Shown: in pieces, positions 8,914 to 18,665 of the stretch | Layout: every line of letters starts with the position of its first letter | Position numbering within the stretch: position 1 is the first letter of the stretch | Origin: Paracoccaceae bacterium | GTDB lineage: Bacteria; Pseudomonadota; Alphaproteobacteria; Rhodobacterales; Rhodobacteraceae | Length of the DNA: 64,000 nt | Assembly: GCA_037968835.1 (NCBI GenBank) | Contig: JBBKWG010000106.1 | Coordinates: 7,419-71,418 of the forward strand | Direction of reading: 5' to 3' | The notes under the pieces: model-generated | Told to the model about the DNA's origin: nothing | Database searches by the model: none | Seen by the model: only the letters and a program-made list of their open reading frames with translations | Program-made: the position numbers and the translations under genes

Positions 8914-10919
8914 CACTTCGCTGGACCAATTGGTGCGACGATCCATCCGCCGATACCGGCATATCGCCCTACGTCGACTGGCTGCGAACCGCGACGTTCG
9001 AGGGCAAGGAAGTGCACGAGGGCCTGTCGCTGGCGCCGCTTCCGCTGCCGAAGAGTGTGACCAAAGGGAATTCTGACCAGTCGCACGGCAATTCGCGATC
9101 CGTGCCTGCCCCATTGCCCGAATTTGCGCGACCCGGCCAGTCGCGATCACCGCAGACGGACCCTCAGATCTCTCTGACTTGGATGCCTGACGCGGATTCG
9201 ACAATTATCGGATTGATCGACAGCGCCATCGCCCTTGCCCACGCGCGGTTTCGACGGATCGACGGGGGAACGCGCGTCCTTTCAGCCTGGTTGCAGGCCG
9301 GTGAATGGCGCGACCCGGCCGCGGTTCCATTCGGTCGCGAGCTATTTCGCACGGAGATCGACCGATTGATGTGGCGCGCGACGCTTGGCGGGGCCATCGA
9401 CGAAGACGCGTTTGACCGCTCGGCGGGGCTGACGCAATTTCACCACCCGCGGGGCGATCGACGCCTGAACGAGAATGCCACTCACGGAACCCACGTCGGA
9501 GATCTGGCGGCGGGATTTGAACTTCGCGATTCCAGCGCGGACGAGGCGCGCCGTCGTTTGCCGATCATCGCAGTCGGGCTGCCGCCACGCGCGTGCATCG
9601 GCGCGTCCGGAAACTTTCTGGAATTCTATGCAATTCACGCGGTGGACTACATCATTGATCGTGCCGACCGGATCTGGAGTGCCTGTGGTTACGGCGATGG
9701 CGGCTTTCCGATTGTGATCAACCTGTCCTACGGACTTCAGGCCGGGCCGAAGGATGGACAAAAGCTTATCGAAAAGGTCATTCGCGTCGCCACTGAGCGG
9801 GCGGAAACCGAAGGCCGTCCGATCCGGGTCGTCCTGCCAGCGGGAAATGACCTTTTGTCCGAGGGCGCAGCCGATTTCCGGGTAAGCGCAAGTCAGAAGG
9901 TCGACCTCGACTGGCGGATCAGGCCGGGCGACCACACCCCGAATTATGCCGAGATCTGGTCGGATGTGATTGCTGGCAAGGCGCACAAGAAGGCGTCGCA
10001 CCCACTGACGGTTTCGCTCGCTCCTCCCGGTGGGCCTGCGGGGCCAAACGGCGCGGGAAAAGCCGGGCAGATAGCCACGCTGATTGACGATGCCGACCCC
10101 AACACGCCGCTGGCGAAAATCTACTGCCGCCTCCACGACAACACGCCGTTGCATGGGTCTCCGGGCTCGCCTTGGCACAGGCTGGTCTATGTCTTGTGCA
10201 CGCGTCAAACCCTTGGCAACAGCATTTCGCCAACGTCACCGGCGGGGCGGTGGGCGATCTCGGTTTCTCCAAACGGGAATGAAGCCCAACGCGGGTTCGC
10301 GTATGTTCAGTCCGATCAAAGCCTGACATTCGGCAGCGAAACCGGGCTTGTGTCGTCGTTTGCGCACCCGGAATTCGAAGCCGACGACGAAAGCGGGCGT
10401 CCGATCGACGCGTGGTCTTATCCGACGGATGACACCGCGCCGGTTCTGACCGATACGACGCCGCCTATGATGCGCCGTGGGACGCTGAACGCGATCGCAT
10501 CGAGCAATAGTGTGCGCGTTATCGGAAGCTATCGGCGCACGGACGGCGCACCCTCGGTTTTTTCCAGCGCTGCCTCTTCCGGCGCAGTTGGAAATGGCCG
10601 CGCCGCACCAACAGCCCTTCTCCCAGGCGACGACGGTGCGGCGCGGTTCGGTCTGATGGCAGCAGGATCGCGGAGTGGCTCGGCGGCGGTGATGCAAGGC
10701 ACGAGTTTTTCCACAGCACTTGCCACGCGGCGCATTGCTTTGGCGATGCTCGAATGGATCGACACGGGATGCGTCGGCGAAGCGCCGGGCAGCGAAACGT
10801 GGTTTCAGGCAATGGCCATGCAAGACGAGTTGTCGCTCGGCTATCCCGGTAAAGTCATGGCGGAGAAGGCCGGTGCCGGAAGGCTGGCAGCGCCAGCAAC
10901 AGGACGAATGCCTCGCTGA
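8910..10919 (+). CDS. S8 family serine peptidase (subtilase), no evident signal peptide
   Basis: The catalytic residues appear in subtilase order: Asp in IGLIDSAI, His in NATHGTHVGD, Asn in VLPAGND, Ser in MQGTSFSTA. ATG 8910 overlaps the PAP2 stop (ATGA), indicating translational coupling. 669 aa. Confidence 0.8.
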   Translation: MTLRWTNWCDDPSADTGISPYVDWLRTATFEGKEVHEGLSLAPLPLPKSVTKGNSDQSHGNSRSVPAPLPEFARPGQSRSPQTDPQISLTWMPDADSTIIGLIDSAIALAHARFRRIDGGTRVLSAWLQAGEWRDPAAVPFGRELFRTEIDRLMWRATLGGAIDEDAFDRSAGLTQFHHPRGDRRLNENATHGTHVGDLAAGFELRDSSADEARRRLPIIAVGLPPRACIGASGNFLEFYAIHAVDYIIDRADRIWSACGYGDGGFPIVINLSYGLQAGPKDGQKLIEKVIRVATERAETEGRPIRVVLPAGNDLLSEGAADFRVSASQKVDLDWRIRPGDHTPNYAEIWSDVIAGKAHKKASHPLTVSLAPPGGPAGPNGAGKAGQIATLIDDADPNTPLAKIYCRLHDNTPLHGSPGSPWHRLVYVLCTRQTLGNSISPTSPAGRWAISVSPNGNEAQRGFAYVQSDQSLTFGSETGLVSSFAHPEFEADDESGRPIDAWSYPTDDTAPVLTDTTPPMMRRGTLNAIASSNSVRVIGSYRRTDGAPSVFSSAASSGAVGNGRAAPTALLPGDDGAARFGLMAAGSRSGSAAVMQGTSFSTALATRRIALAMLEWIDTGCVGEAPGSETWFQAMAMQDELSLGYPGKVMAEKAGAGRLAAPATGRMPR

Positions 10920-10942
10920 GCCTCGGCGAATGACATTTCGGA

Positions 10943-12571
10943 TCAGGTCTGCGACCCAAGCGCCCTGACTTGCTCGCGAAGCAGGAACTTCTGGATCTTT
11001 CCGGTGGCAGTCTTTGGCAACTCGCCAAAAATTACCGACTTTGGCGTCTTGAAACCGGCTAGATTCTCGCGGCACCAGCCAATCAGTTCGGCCTCACCGG
11101 TCGCCGAGCCGTTGCGCAGTTCCACGAACGCACAGGGCGTTTCGCCCCATTTGTCATCTGGTCGCGCCACGACGGCGGCAGCGGTCACGTCCGGGTGGCG
11201 ATAAAGCACGGCCTCGACCTCGACACTCGAAATATTCTCGCCACCCGAGATGATGACGTCTTTCAAGCGGTCGCGGATCTGGATGTATCCGTTTTCGTGC
11301 ATGACCGCCGCATCGCCCGACCAGAAATAGCCATCGGCAAACGCCTCGTCTGTCGCGTCGGGGTTTTTCAGATAGCCGGCCATGATCGTGTTGCCGCGAA
11401 TTGCGATCTCGCCCTGCGTCGCGCCATCCGCCGGAACATCTTTTCCGGTTGTCCTGTCGATAACGCGTAGTTCCTCGACCATCGGGAAGGAAATGCCCTG
11501 ACGCGCCTGCATTTCCGCCTGCTCTGAAAGCGGCAAACCGCCCCATTTCTCCTGCCAGAGACATTGCGCGATGTGTCCGTAGGTTTCGGTCAGTCCGTAA
11601 GCCTGCATGATCGTCATGCCGATCCGGCCCGCCCGTTCCAGAACCGCCGGCGGTGGGGGTGCGCCAGCCGTCATCGCCTTGACCGGTGGATCAAAGGGCA
11701 TTTTCGGGGCGTCCGGGCTATCGGCCATCATCTGCAGAACGATTGGCGCCGCGCCAAGGTGCGTCACGCCTTCTTCCTTGATCGCACGAAACAGCTTTGC
11801 GGGCGCTGCGTCGCGCGTGAACACCATGCGCCCGCCGACGATCGGAACCAGCCAGGGGTGGTTCCAGCCATTGCAGTGAAACATCGGCACAACCGACAGG
11901 TAAACCGGACGGTGGGGGACATCCCATCCCGCGACGGTTCCAAGCGCCATCAGATAGGCACCCCGGTGGTGATAGACCACGCCCTTTGGTCGCCCGGAGG
12001 TTCCCGACGTGTAGTTCAACGCGATTGCATTCCATTCGTCGTCGGGAAGCCGCCAGTCCGAGAGCGGGTCCCCCTCGGAAACAAGCGCCTCGTAATCGGA
12101 CTGACCAAATCCTTCGGCGCTGTCCGGCCGAGCATCTACAATATCCACAACCGGGATTTCGCGCCCGAGGATGCTGAAAGCACTGCGCAGCAATCCGGCA
12201 AACGCGGTGTCGGCAAAAATGATCTTCGCTTCGCCGTGATCGAGAATATAAGCGATCGTTTCGGGTTCCAGCCGGATATTTATCGAGTTCAAGACCGCAC
12301 CGGCCATTGGCGCGGCATAGTGAAGTTCGAACAACTCGGGAATGTTCGGCGCAAGAACCGATACCGTGTCACCGGGCGCGATTCCGCGTGATCGAAGCGC
12401 TGATGCGAGCGAACGGCATCTTGCGGCGGTTTCAGACCACGTGCGGCGGATCGAGCCATAGCCGACTGCTTCGTCGTCGCCGTATACGAATGCCGCGCGC
12501 TTCAGGAACGAGATTGGCGTCAATGGAACGTAGTTTGCGGCCACGCGCCCGAAACTGTCTGCTGCCGACAT
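10943..12571 (-). CDS. AMP-dependent acyl-CoA synthetase/ligase
   Basis: AMP-binding motif YTSGTSGRPKGV. The start was chosen at MSAADSFGRVAANYVPLTP (ATG 12571) within ORF 10943..12715. Confidence 0.85.
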   Translation of the reverse strand: MSAADSFGRVAANYVPLTPISFLKRAAFVYGDDEAVGYGSIRRTWSETAARCRSLASALRSRGIAPGDTVSVLAPNIPELFELHYAAPMAGAVLNSINIRLEPETIAYILDHGEAKIIFADTAFAGLLRSAFSILGREIPVVDIVDARPDSAEGFGQSDYEALVSEGDPLSDWRLPDDEWNAIALNYTSGTSGRPKGVVYHHRGAYLMALGTVAGWDVPHRPVYLSVVPMFHCNGWNHPWLVPIVGGRMVFTRDAAPAKLFRAIKEEGVTHLGAAPIVLQMMADSPDAPKMPFDPPVKAMTAGAPPPPAVLERAGRIGMTIMQAYGLTETYGHIAQCLWQEKWGGLPLSEQAEMQARQGISFPMVEELRVIDRTTGKDVPADGATQGEIAIRGNTIMAGYLKNPDATDEAFADGYFWSGDAAVMHENGYIQIRDRLKDVIISGGENISSVEVEAVLYRHPDVTAAAVVARPDDKWGETPCAFVELRNGSATGEAELIGWCRENLAGFKTPKSVIFGELPKTATGKIQKFLLREQVRALGSQT

Positions 12572-12735
12572 GAGTTCTCCCCGGTTCGAATATGACCCGC
12601 AAAAACGGGATCTGCGGATCATGTCACAAGAATTTTTCTGTTGCATATGATTCGTGGCGTATATGCTGCAGTTGCCAAGTAATGGGATGCCTGCTTTCTT
12701 GCGGCAAATAATCAAAAGTTCAGGGAGAACTAAAA

Positions 12736-14343
12736 ATGGATAAGAAATCCTACATCAGGACACAGGCACTTCGCCTGACCAAAGGCGAAATCAACCGACG
12801 CCGCTTCATCATGTCGGCGCTCGCAACAGGCGTGACGCTACCGACAGCGATGTCTTTGGCTGGCCGCGCTCAAGCGATGACACCCAAGTCCGGCGGATTG
12901 TTCCGCATGGCTGTCGGGCACGGGTCGACGACGGACTCGATTGATCCCGCGACTGCCGAGAACGATTTCACGACGACCGTGCTATATTCGCGCGGCAACC
13001 ACTTGACCGAGGTTTCCAACACTGGCGAGCTGGTGCCCGATCTTGCGGAAAACTATGAAACCGACGACGCGAAAACCTGGGTCTTCAATCTTCGCCCGGG
13101 CGTAGAATTCCACAACGGCAAGACGCTGACCCCGGAAGATGTCATCGCGACGCTGAACTACCATCGCGCCGAAGATTCAAAGTCTGCGGCAAAGGGCCTG
13201 GTCACCCAGATCCTCGACATCCGCAAGGACGGCGACAATCAGGTCGTGATCGAACTCGAGGCCGGCAACGCCGACTTCCCGTTTATTCTGTCGGATTATC
13301 ACCTGATGATCATGTCGTCGGAAGACGGCGCGGTTGACGGTCAGGCGCAAGACAACGGCACCGGTGGCTACATCGTCCAGAACTACGAGCCAGGTGTTCG
13401 TTCGACTTTCTCGCGCAACCCGAACTACTTCAAAGAGGGTCGCGCCCACTTCGACAACGTCGAGATCTATTCGATCCTCGACACAACCGCGCGCCAGAAC
13501 GCCGTGATGAACGGCGATGTGGAGTATTCGGGCGATATCGATCCAAAGACCGTTGCGCTTCTTGGCCGCGTGCCAACGCTCGACATCCTGGAATCGACAG
13601 GCACCCAGCACTACACGTTCCCGATGCGCCTTTCGGTCGAGCCGTTCGGCAACTACGACCTGCGCATGGCCCTAAAGTATGCGATCAAGCGTCAGGAACT
13701 GGTCGACAAGATCCTGCTTGGCCACGGCACTCCGGGCAACGACGTCCCCGTCAACGCGTCGATGCCGTTCTTCAACACAGAGCTTCCGGTGCACGAATTC
13801 GATCCCGAGAAAGCCGCGGAGCACTACAAGAAGTCCGGCCACTCTGGTCCGATCCAGCTTTCAGCAGCCGATGCGGCCTTCGCGGGCGCGGTTGATGCGG
13901 CCCAGCTTATCGCTGCATCCGCCAAAGATGCCGGCATCGACATCGAAGTCGTGCGCGAGCCGTCCGATGGCTATTGGTCGAACGTCTGGAACAAGAAGGG
14001 CTGGTGCGCCTGTTACTGGTCGGGTCGCCCGACGCAGGACTGGATGTATGCCTCTGCCTACACCAACGACACCGAATGGAACGATACCGCCTGGACCGAC
14101 ACCGAAGCGGCAAATCAGTTCAACGAAGTGGTCGTATCGGCGCGTTCGGAAACCGACGACGCCAAGCGCAAGGATCAGTACTGGGAAGCACAGCGGCTGT
14201 TGCAAGACGACGGCGGCGCAATCGTCAGCATGTTCGCGAATTACATCGCGGCCCATGCCAAGACGCTGGCTCACGACGAATCCGTGGCCGCGAACTGGGC
14301 AAACGACGGCAACAAGGCGCAAGAGCGCTGGTGGTTCGCCTAA
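12736..14343 (+). CDS. ABC transporter substrate-binding protein, family 5 (peptide/nickel/opine type)
   Basis: 535 aa with a Tat-type signal (RRRFIMSALATGVTLPTAMSLAGRAQA) and a DppA/OppA-like body. Confidence 0.85.
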   Translation: MDKKSYIRTQALRLTKGEINRRRFIMSALATGVTLPTAMSLAGRAQAMTPKSGGLFRMAVGHGSTTDSIDPATAENDFTTTVLYSRGNHLTEVSNTGELVPDLAENYETDDAKTWVFNLRPGVEFHNGKTLTPEDVIATLNYHRAEDSKSAAKGLVTQILDIRKDGDNQVVIELEAGNADFPFILSDYHLMIMSSEDGAVDGQAQDNGTGGYIVQNYEPGVRSTFSRNPNYFKEGRAHFDNVEIYSILDTTARQNAVMNGDVEYSGDIDPKTVALLGRVPTLDILESTGTQHYTFPMRLSVEPFGNYDLRMALKYAIKRQELVDKILLGHGTPGNDVPVNASMPFFNTELPVHEFDPEKAAEHYKKSGHSGPIQLSAADAAFAGAVDAAQLIAASAKDAGIDIEVVREPSDGYWSNVWNKKGWCACYWSGRPTQDWMYASAYTNDTEWNDTAWTDTEAANQFNEVVVSARSETDDAKRKDQYWEAQRLLQDDGGAIVSMFANYIAAHAKTLAHDESVAANWANDGNKAQERWWFA

Positions 14344-14366
14344 GTCACGCGTTACCAGACAAGAGA

Positions 14367-14394
14367 AAGGCGGCCCAAGCGGGTCGCCTTTTTT
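14367..14394 (+). terminator. Rho-independent terminator after the SBP gene
   Basis: AAAGGCGGCCC-aagc-GGGTCGCCTTTTTT. The GC stem has one mismatch and is followed by a T6 run. Confidence 0.5.
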
Positions 14395-14450
14395 ACTGGT
14401 CAGGTAATCGCCTGCCACTGCGCGCGGTTGGATTCAGCCGCCTCGCCCAC

Positions 14451-15209
14451 CTACACCCCGGCAGATTGACCACCATCAACGGTCAGGACAGATCCGGTCA
14501 TGAATCGCGACGCGTCCGAGGCGAGCAAAAGGAACGGCCCATCAAGATCGCTCAATTCGCCGAACCGTTTCATTGGAATGCGCCGCTTGATCTTGTCGCC
14601 GACCTCTCCGGCAAGGTCATCTTTGTTGATTTCGGTGAGAAAATAGCCGGGCGCGAGCGCGTTGACGCGGATACCACACGCGGCCCATTCAACAGCTAGC
14701 GCCCGCGTCAAATTGACGACACCGGCCTTGCTCGCCGCATAGGCGGCAACCATGGATGCCCCGCGTTCCCCCAGTATCGACGCGACATTGATGACGTTTC
14801 CGGGAATTCCGGCGGCGATATTCAATGCCATCAGTTGTCGCGTAAGATGAAATGGGGCGCTCAGATTTGTTGCCAGAAGCCTGTCCCAATCAGACGCTTC
14901 CATTTCTATCGCCGGTCCCGAAAACGCGATACCGGCGTTGTTGAGAAGAATATCGACCGCGCCGAACGACACCTCGATCTGGCCGACGGCGTTGGCAACC
15001 TCGACGGTATCGGTGACATCGAGTTCCAGCGCTTCGGCCGATCCCGACTGCGCGACAATGCTGTCCACCAATGCTTCGATACGATCGCGACGCCGCGCCG
15101 CCAGAATAACGTGGGCACCGGCGTTCGCGGCAACGACAGAAAGATGGGCACCAATGCCGCTTGATGCGCCCGTGATCAGGATCGTTTTGCCATCCAGCCG
15201 AAACATCAA
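14451..15209 (-). CDS. SDR family oxidoreductase
   Basis: TGASSGIGAHL (TGxxxGxG) and YAASKAG (YxxxK). 252 aa. Confidence 0.85.
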   Translation of the reverse strand: MMFRLDGKTILITGASSGIGAHLSVVAANAGAHVILAARRRDRIEALVDSIVAQSGSAEALELDVTDTVEVANAVGQIEVSFGAVDILLNNAGIAFSGPAIEMEASDWDRLLATNLSAPFHLTRQLMALNIAAGIPGNVINVASILGERGASMVAAYAASKAGVVNLTRALAVEWAACGIRVNALAPGYFLTEINKDDLAGEVGDKIKRRIPMKRFGELSDLDGPFLLLASDASRFMTGSVLTVDGGQSAGV

Positions 15210-15356
15210 AGCCCCTCCGTCGTCGGACCTTCGTTGGAACCGAGGGACTTGTCAAAGCGGACACCGGGCTTGCGTTTTTTCCTCACAGTCACTTCGACAC
15301 GTCAGGTCGCGGCGCGAGATGGCCGAGCTTTCGGGCGTGCCCCAAGTCGGATTGGA

Positions 15357-17021
15357 CTAGCTACCGCTCAGTGCCGCCGATACCGGCGCGAGCGTGACGC
15401 TTTCCGCACGGTTTCCAAGTGCCCATTCGACTACGGCCGCCAGCGTCGCCGGACGTGTGCGGCCAACAAGGATGACAGCGTCGTTCTGTCTGGCGCGAAA
15501 CGCAGCCCGGTCCATTGCACGCCGGATCTGATCGTCGGTCTCGCCTTCGCCGTCGATGTCGCGGAATATCAGCCCGGTCGGCACCCCGACCCGTTCGGCC
15601 AGTTGGTGCGCCGTGTTCAAGCCACGTGGAAACGTAATCAACCCGTGACCCGACGCCGTGACGACATCAATGACCTGCGCCACCGCTGCCCGGTCCGACT
15701 GGAAACTGCCGCCGGAGAGGTCCATCACGGCCACAGCCTGCGGCACATTCTCAAAATTCACCCGCATCGCGACTTCGACATCCTGCGGCGTTGCTCCCTC
15801 GGGAAGCGACGGGATCATCACGACCTCGCGCCCGGCAGCACGGTACGATTCTGCGATTTGCTTGGCTCGCTCCTGCCCGGCATTCACGCCGAACGAAACA
15901 CTTTCGGGCAGACCGTCTAGAAGTGCGGAATCAAGCGGTTCGCTGCCCTCGTGCAGCAACACTATTGAAAGCAGCGGTCGTCCTTCGGGATTAGAGAAAC
16001 CGCTGCGCCAGCGTTGAAGCGCATTGGATTGTTCTGTTATTTCAACGGGTTCGTCAGTATCGATGGTTTCGGGCTCCGACGTTTCGGTCGACCCCGAACC
16101 CGGCAACCTCCGAATGATCGGAAGTGCTTCGTCATCACTTTCTGGTGCATCGCCGATACGCGGCAGTCTGTCTGTCTCGACGTCCGGTGCAAGATTGCCG
16201 ATTTCATCGACTGGTGAGAAGAACTCTGGTTGGTCATCAGACGCAATGACCCCGGCGGGCGACGGATCGGATTCCGGTGCAACCCCGGCATCGGGCGATT
16301 GCGATGCGGACGGCATGGTTTCCGGGGCCTCCATCGGCTCGGGTGCCTCGACAGTTTCGACAGTCGCGGGCGGTTCATTCGTGCTGGTCGAGGGCACGGT
16401 GGCGGGGACGTCGAGCACTGCAATCTCGGGCGAAACGTCATCCGCTTCCAAAAGCGCGGACACATCCGGCGCGGTGGTTTGGGTATCCGGCGCAGGGGCG
16501 GGTGTTTCAGGTGCAGTCAGTCCCAGACCGGGAACCGGATCCGCAGGTGGGCTTTGACCGGGACCGGTGACATCGACGTCTACACCGTCGGCAAACTCTG
16601 GCACGTCACCCAGTCCCGCCGGGCTTTCGATGGTCGGCTGAGGAACTTCCAGCACTGACGTATCAAAGGCCGGTGGCGTTTCAGCAATGTCCGCGGGCGG
16701 CGTGACACCGCTGACGGCTTCGCCTGCGGGTCGCGTTTCAACCTGAGGAACAACCGGTTCCGTTTCGGGCCGCGCCTGATCGAACTCAGTGCCGGCCGGT
16801 ATTTCGACCGGGCTGGCTTCCGGCTTCGGAAAGCTCAGTTGTTGACGATCGACGATCTGACTCGACACGAGCAACAGCCCGAGTCCAACAAGTCCGCCCC
16901 AAAAAATGCCTGCGAGAAAGCCGCGTGCCAACGCCCTCTCCTTTGCTCTGCTCAAGTAAGGGTGCCTTGACCATTGCTGGCACCTCTGACCAAGTATACC
17001 GGCGCTTTCGCGCGCTGACAC
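15357..17021 (-). CDS. Divergent polysaccharide deacetylase family (YibQ-like) protein with a long acidic Pro/Glu/Thr-rich linker
   Basis: The C-terminal ~230 aa (LLSIVLLHEG...VAVMDLSGGSFQ...ILVGRTRPATL) resemble Polysacc_deac_2. There is one N-terminal TM helix. The start is uncertain: TTG at 16931, preceded by AAGGAG, is a good alternative. Confidence 0.7.
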   Translation of the reverse strand: MSARESAGILGQRCQQWSRHPYLSRAKERALARGFLAGIFWGGLVGLGLLLVSSQIVDRQQLSFPKPEASPVEIPAGTEFDQARPETEPVVPQVETRPAGEAVSGVTPPADIAETPPAFDTSVLEVPQPTIESPAGLGDVPEFADGVDVDVTGPGQSPPADPVPGLGLTAPETPAPAPDTQTTAPDVSALLEADDVSPEIAVLDVPATVPSTSTNEPPATVETVEAPEPMEAPETMPSASQSPDAGVAPESDPSPAGVIASDDQPEFFSPVDEIGNLAPDVETDRLPRIGDAPESDDEALPIIRRLPGSGSTETSEPETIDTDEPVEITEQSNALQRWRSGFSNPEGRPLLSIVLLHEGSEPLDSALLDGLPESVSFGVNAGQERAKQIAESYRAAGREVVMIPSLPEGATPQDVEVAMRVNFENVPQAVAVMDLSGGSFQSDRAAVAQVIDVVTASGHGLITFPRGLNTAHQLAERVGVPTGLIFRDIDGEGETDDQIRRAMDRAAFRARQNDAVILVGRTRPATLAAVVEWALGNRAESVTLAPVSAALSGS

Positions 17022-17056
17022 CCCATAACTGCAACTGCAGGCCGAAGAGACGCAAA

Positions 17057-17638
17057 ATGCTGCTTCTGATCGACAATTATGACAGCTTCACCTTCAATCT
17101 GGTCCACTATTTGGGTGAACTTGGCGCGGAATGCGTCGTGAAACGCAATGATGGGTTGAATGTGCAGGAAGCCATGGCGCTCAGACCGTCGGGGATTATT
17201 CTGTCGCCGGGGCCATGCGATCCGGACAAAGCCGGTATCTGTCTTGCCCTGACCGAAGCCGCTGCCGAAACCGGGACACCGCTGCTGGGTGTATGTCTTG
17301 GTCACCAGACAATCGGCCAAGCGTTCGGCGGCAGGGTCGTGCGGGCCGGTGAGATCGTTCACGGTAAACTCGGCCAGATGCACCATGCCGGCGACAGCGT
17401 GTTTGCGGGACTGCCGTCGCCGTTGGCCGCGACCCGGTATCACTCGCTGATCGTCGAGCGGGAAACGCTTCCGGAGGTGCTGGACATCACGGCATGGCTT
17501 GAGGACGGCACGATCATGGGGCTTCGGCACAAGACAAAGCCAATTCACGGCGTTCAATTCCACCCCGAATCGATCCGCTCAGAACACGGACACCAAATGC
17601 TGAAGAATTTCCTCGACCTTGTCCCGGTTCCCGCATGA
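17057..17638 (+). CDS. trpG: Anthranilate synthase component II (glutamine amidotransferase)
   Basis: [19 protein letters not shown] and the GVCLGHQ catalytic Cys motif. The start was chosen at ATG 17057. Confidence 0.85.
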   Translation: MLLLIDNYDSFTFNLVHYLGELGAECVVKRNDGLNVQEAMALRPSGIILSPGPCDPDKAGICLALTEAAAETGTPLLGVCLGHQTIGQAFGGRVVRAGEIVHGKLGQMHHAGDSVFAGLPSPLAATRYHSLIVERETLPEVLDITAWLEDGTIMGLRHKTKPIHGVQFHPESIRSEHGHQMLKNFLDLVPVPA

Positions 17639-18648
17639 GCGATGATCTGAAGTCGCTGATCGCAATCGCCGTCGATCGCTCGCTGACCCGTGCCGAAGCA
17701 GAGACCGCATTCCGGTGCCTGTTCGAGGGTGAAGCAACGCCAAGTCAGATCGGCGGTCTTCTGATGACGCTCCGCACGCGCGGCGAAACGGTCGAGGAAT
17801 ACGCTGCCGCCGCCGCCGTCATGCGGGCGAAATGCCGGAAAGTCCGCGCCCCCGAAGGCGCGATGGATATCGTCGGCACGGGCGGCGACGGCAAGGGAAC
17901 GCTCAACATTTCGACGGCGACCGCCTTTGTCGTCGCCGGCGCGGGCGTTCCTGTCGCCAAACACGGGAACCGCAATCTCTCGTCGAAATCCGGGGCCGCA
18001 GATGCGCTCACACAGATGGGAATCGACGTCATGGTCGGCGCAGATGTGGTCGAGCGCGCATTGAGCGAGGTCGGCATCGGGTTCATGATGGCGCCGATGC
18101 ACCATCCCGCAATCGCCCACGTCATGCCGACACGGGCGGAGCTTGGGACACGGACGATCTTCAATATCCTCGGTCCGCTCACAAATCCGGCAGGCGTAAA
18201 GCGTCAACTCACCGGGGCGTTCTCCGAAGCGATGCTGCGACCGATGGCGGAAACTTTGATGACTCTCGGCTCGGAAGCCGCCTGGCTTGTGCACGGATCG
18301 GATGGCACCGATGAAATCACGATTACGGGAAAGACCAAAGTCATCGCACTGAAGGATGGCGTGATCAAAGAGTTCGATGTCCATCCCGAGGATGCGCATT
18401 TGCCCGTCCATCCGTTTGCGGCGATTGTGGGCGGCACACCCGAGGAAAACGCCCGCGCCTTCCGTGCCCTGCTTTCGGGCGAGACATCGGCATATCGCGA
18501 TGCCGTCCTGCTGAACGCCGCCGCGGCACTTTTGATCGCAGGAAGAGCGTCCAATCTGCCAGAGGGCGTCGACATGGCAGCGCAGTCAATCGACAGCGGA
18601 GCCGCGCGCGAAAAGATCGAAGGCCTTGCGCGTGTCACGTCGGCTTGA
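17635..18648 (+). CDS. trpD: Anthranilate phosphoribosyltransferase
   Basis: [15 protein letters not shown] motif. ATGA overlap with the trpG stop. Confidence 0.9.
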   Translation: MSDDLKSLIAIAVDRSLTRAEAETAFRCLFEGEATPSQIGGLLMTLRTRGETVEEYAAAAAVMRAKCRKVRAPEGAMDIVGTGGDGKGTLNISTATAFVVAGAGVPVAKHGNRNLSSKSGAADALTQMGIDVMVGADVVERALSEVGIGFMMAPMHHPAIAHVMPTRAELGTRTIFNILGPLTNPAGVKRQLTGAFSEAMLRPMAETLMTLGSEAAWLVHGSDGTDEITITGKTKVIALKDGVIKEFDVHPEDAHLPVHPFAAIVGGTPEENARAFRALLSGETSAYRDAVLLNAAAALLIAGRASNLPEGVDMAAQSIDSGAAREKIEGLARVTSA

Positions 18649-18665
18649 GTGAATGGACTGATTGA

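Noticed and set aside
7768-9204. 478-aa minus-strand ORF antisense to the PAP2 gene and the start of the S8 gene
   Set aside because: This is a shadow ORF of a GC-rich coding region. The translation is Arg/Ala/Gly-rich with no motifs, and its (LALT/LALA)n stretch is simply the reverse complement of the GKGQ repeat. The plus-strand genes carry complete catalytic motifs.
16024-16557. 177-aa Ser/Gly-rich plus-strand ORF
   Set aside because: It is the mirror image of the Pro/Glu-rich linker of the YibQ-like gene on the opposite strand, so it is a low-complexity artefact.
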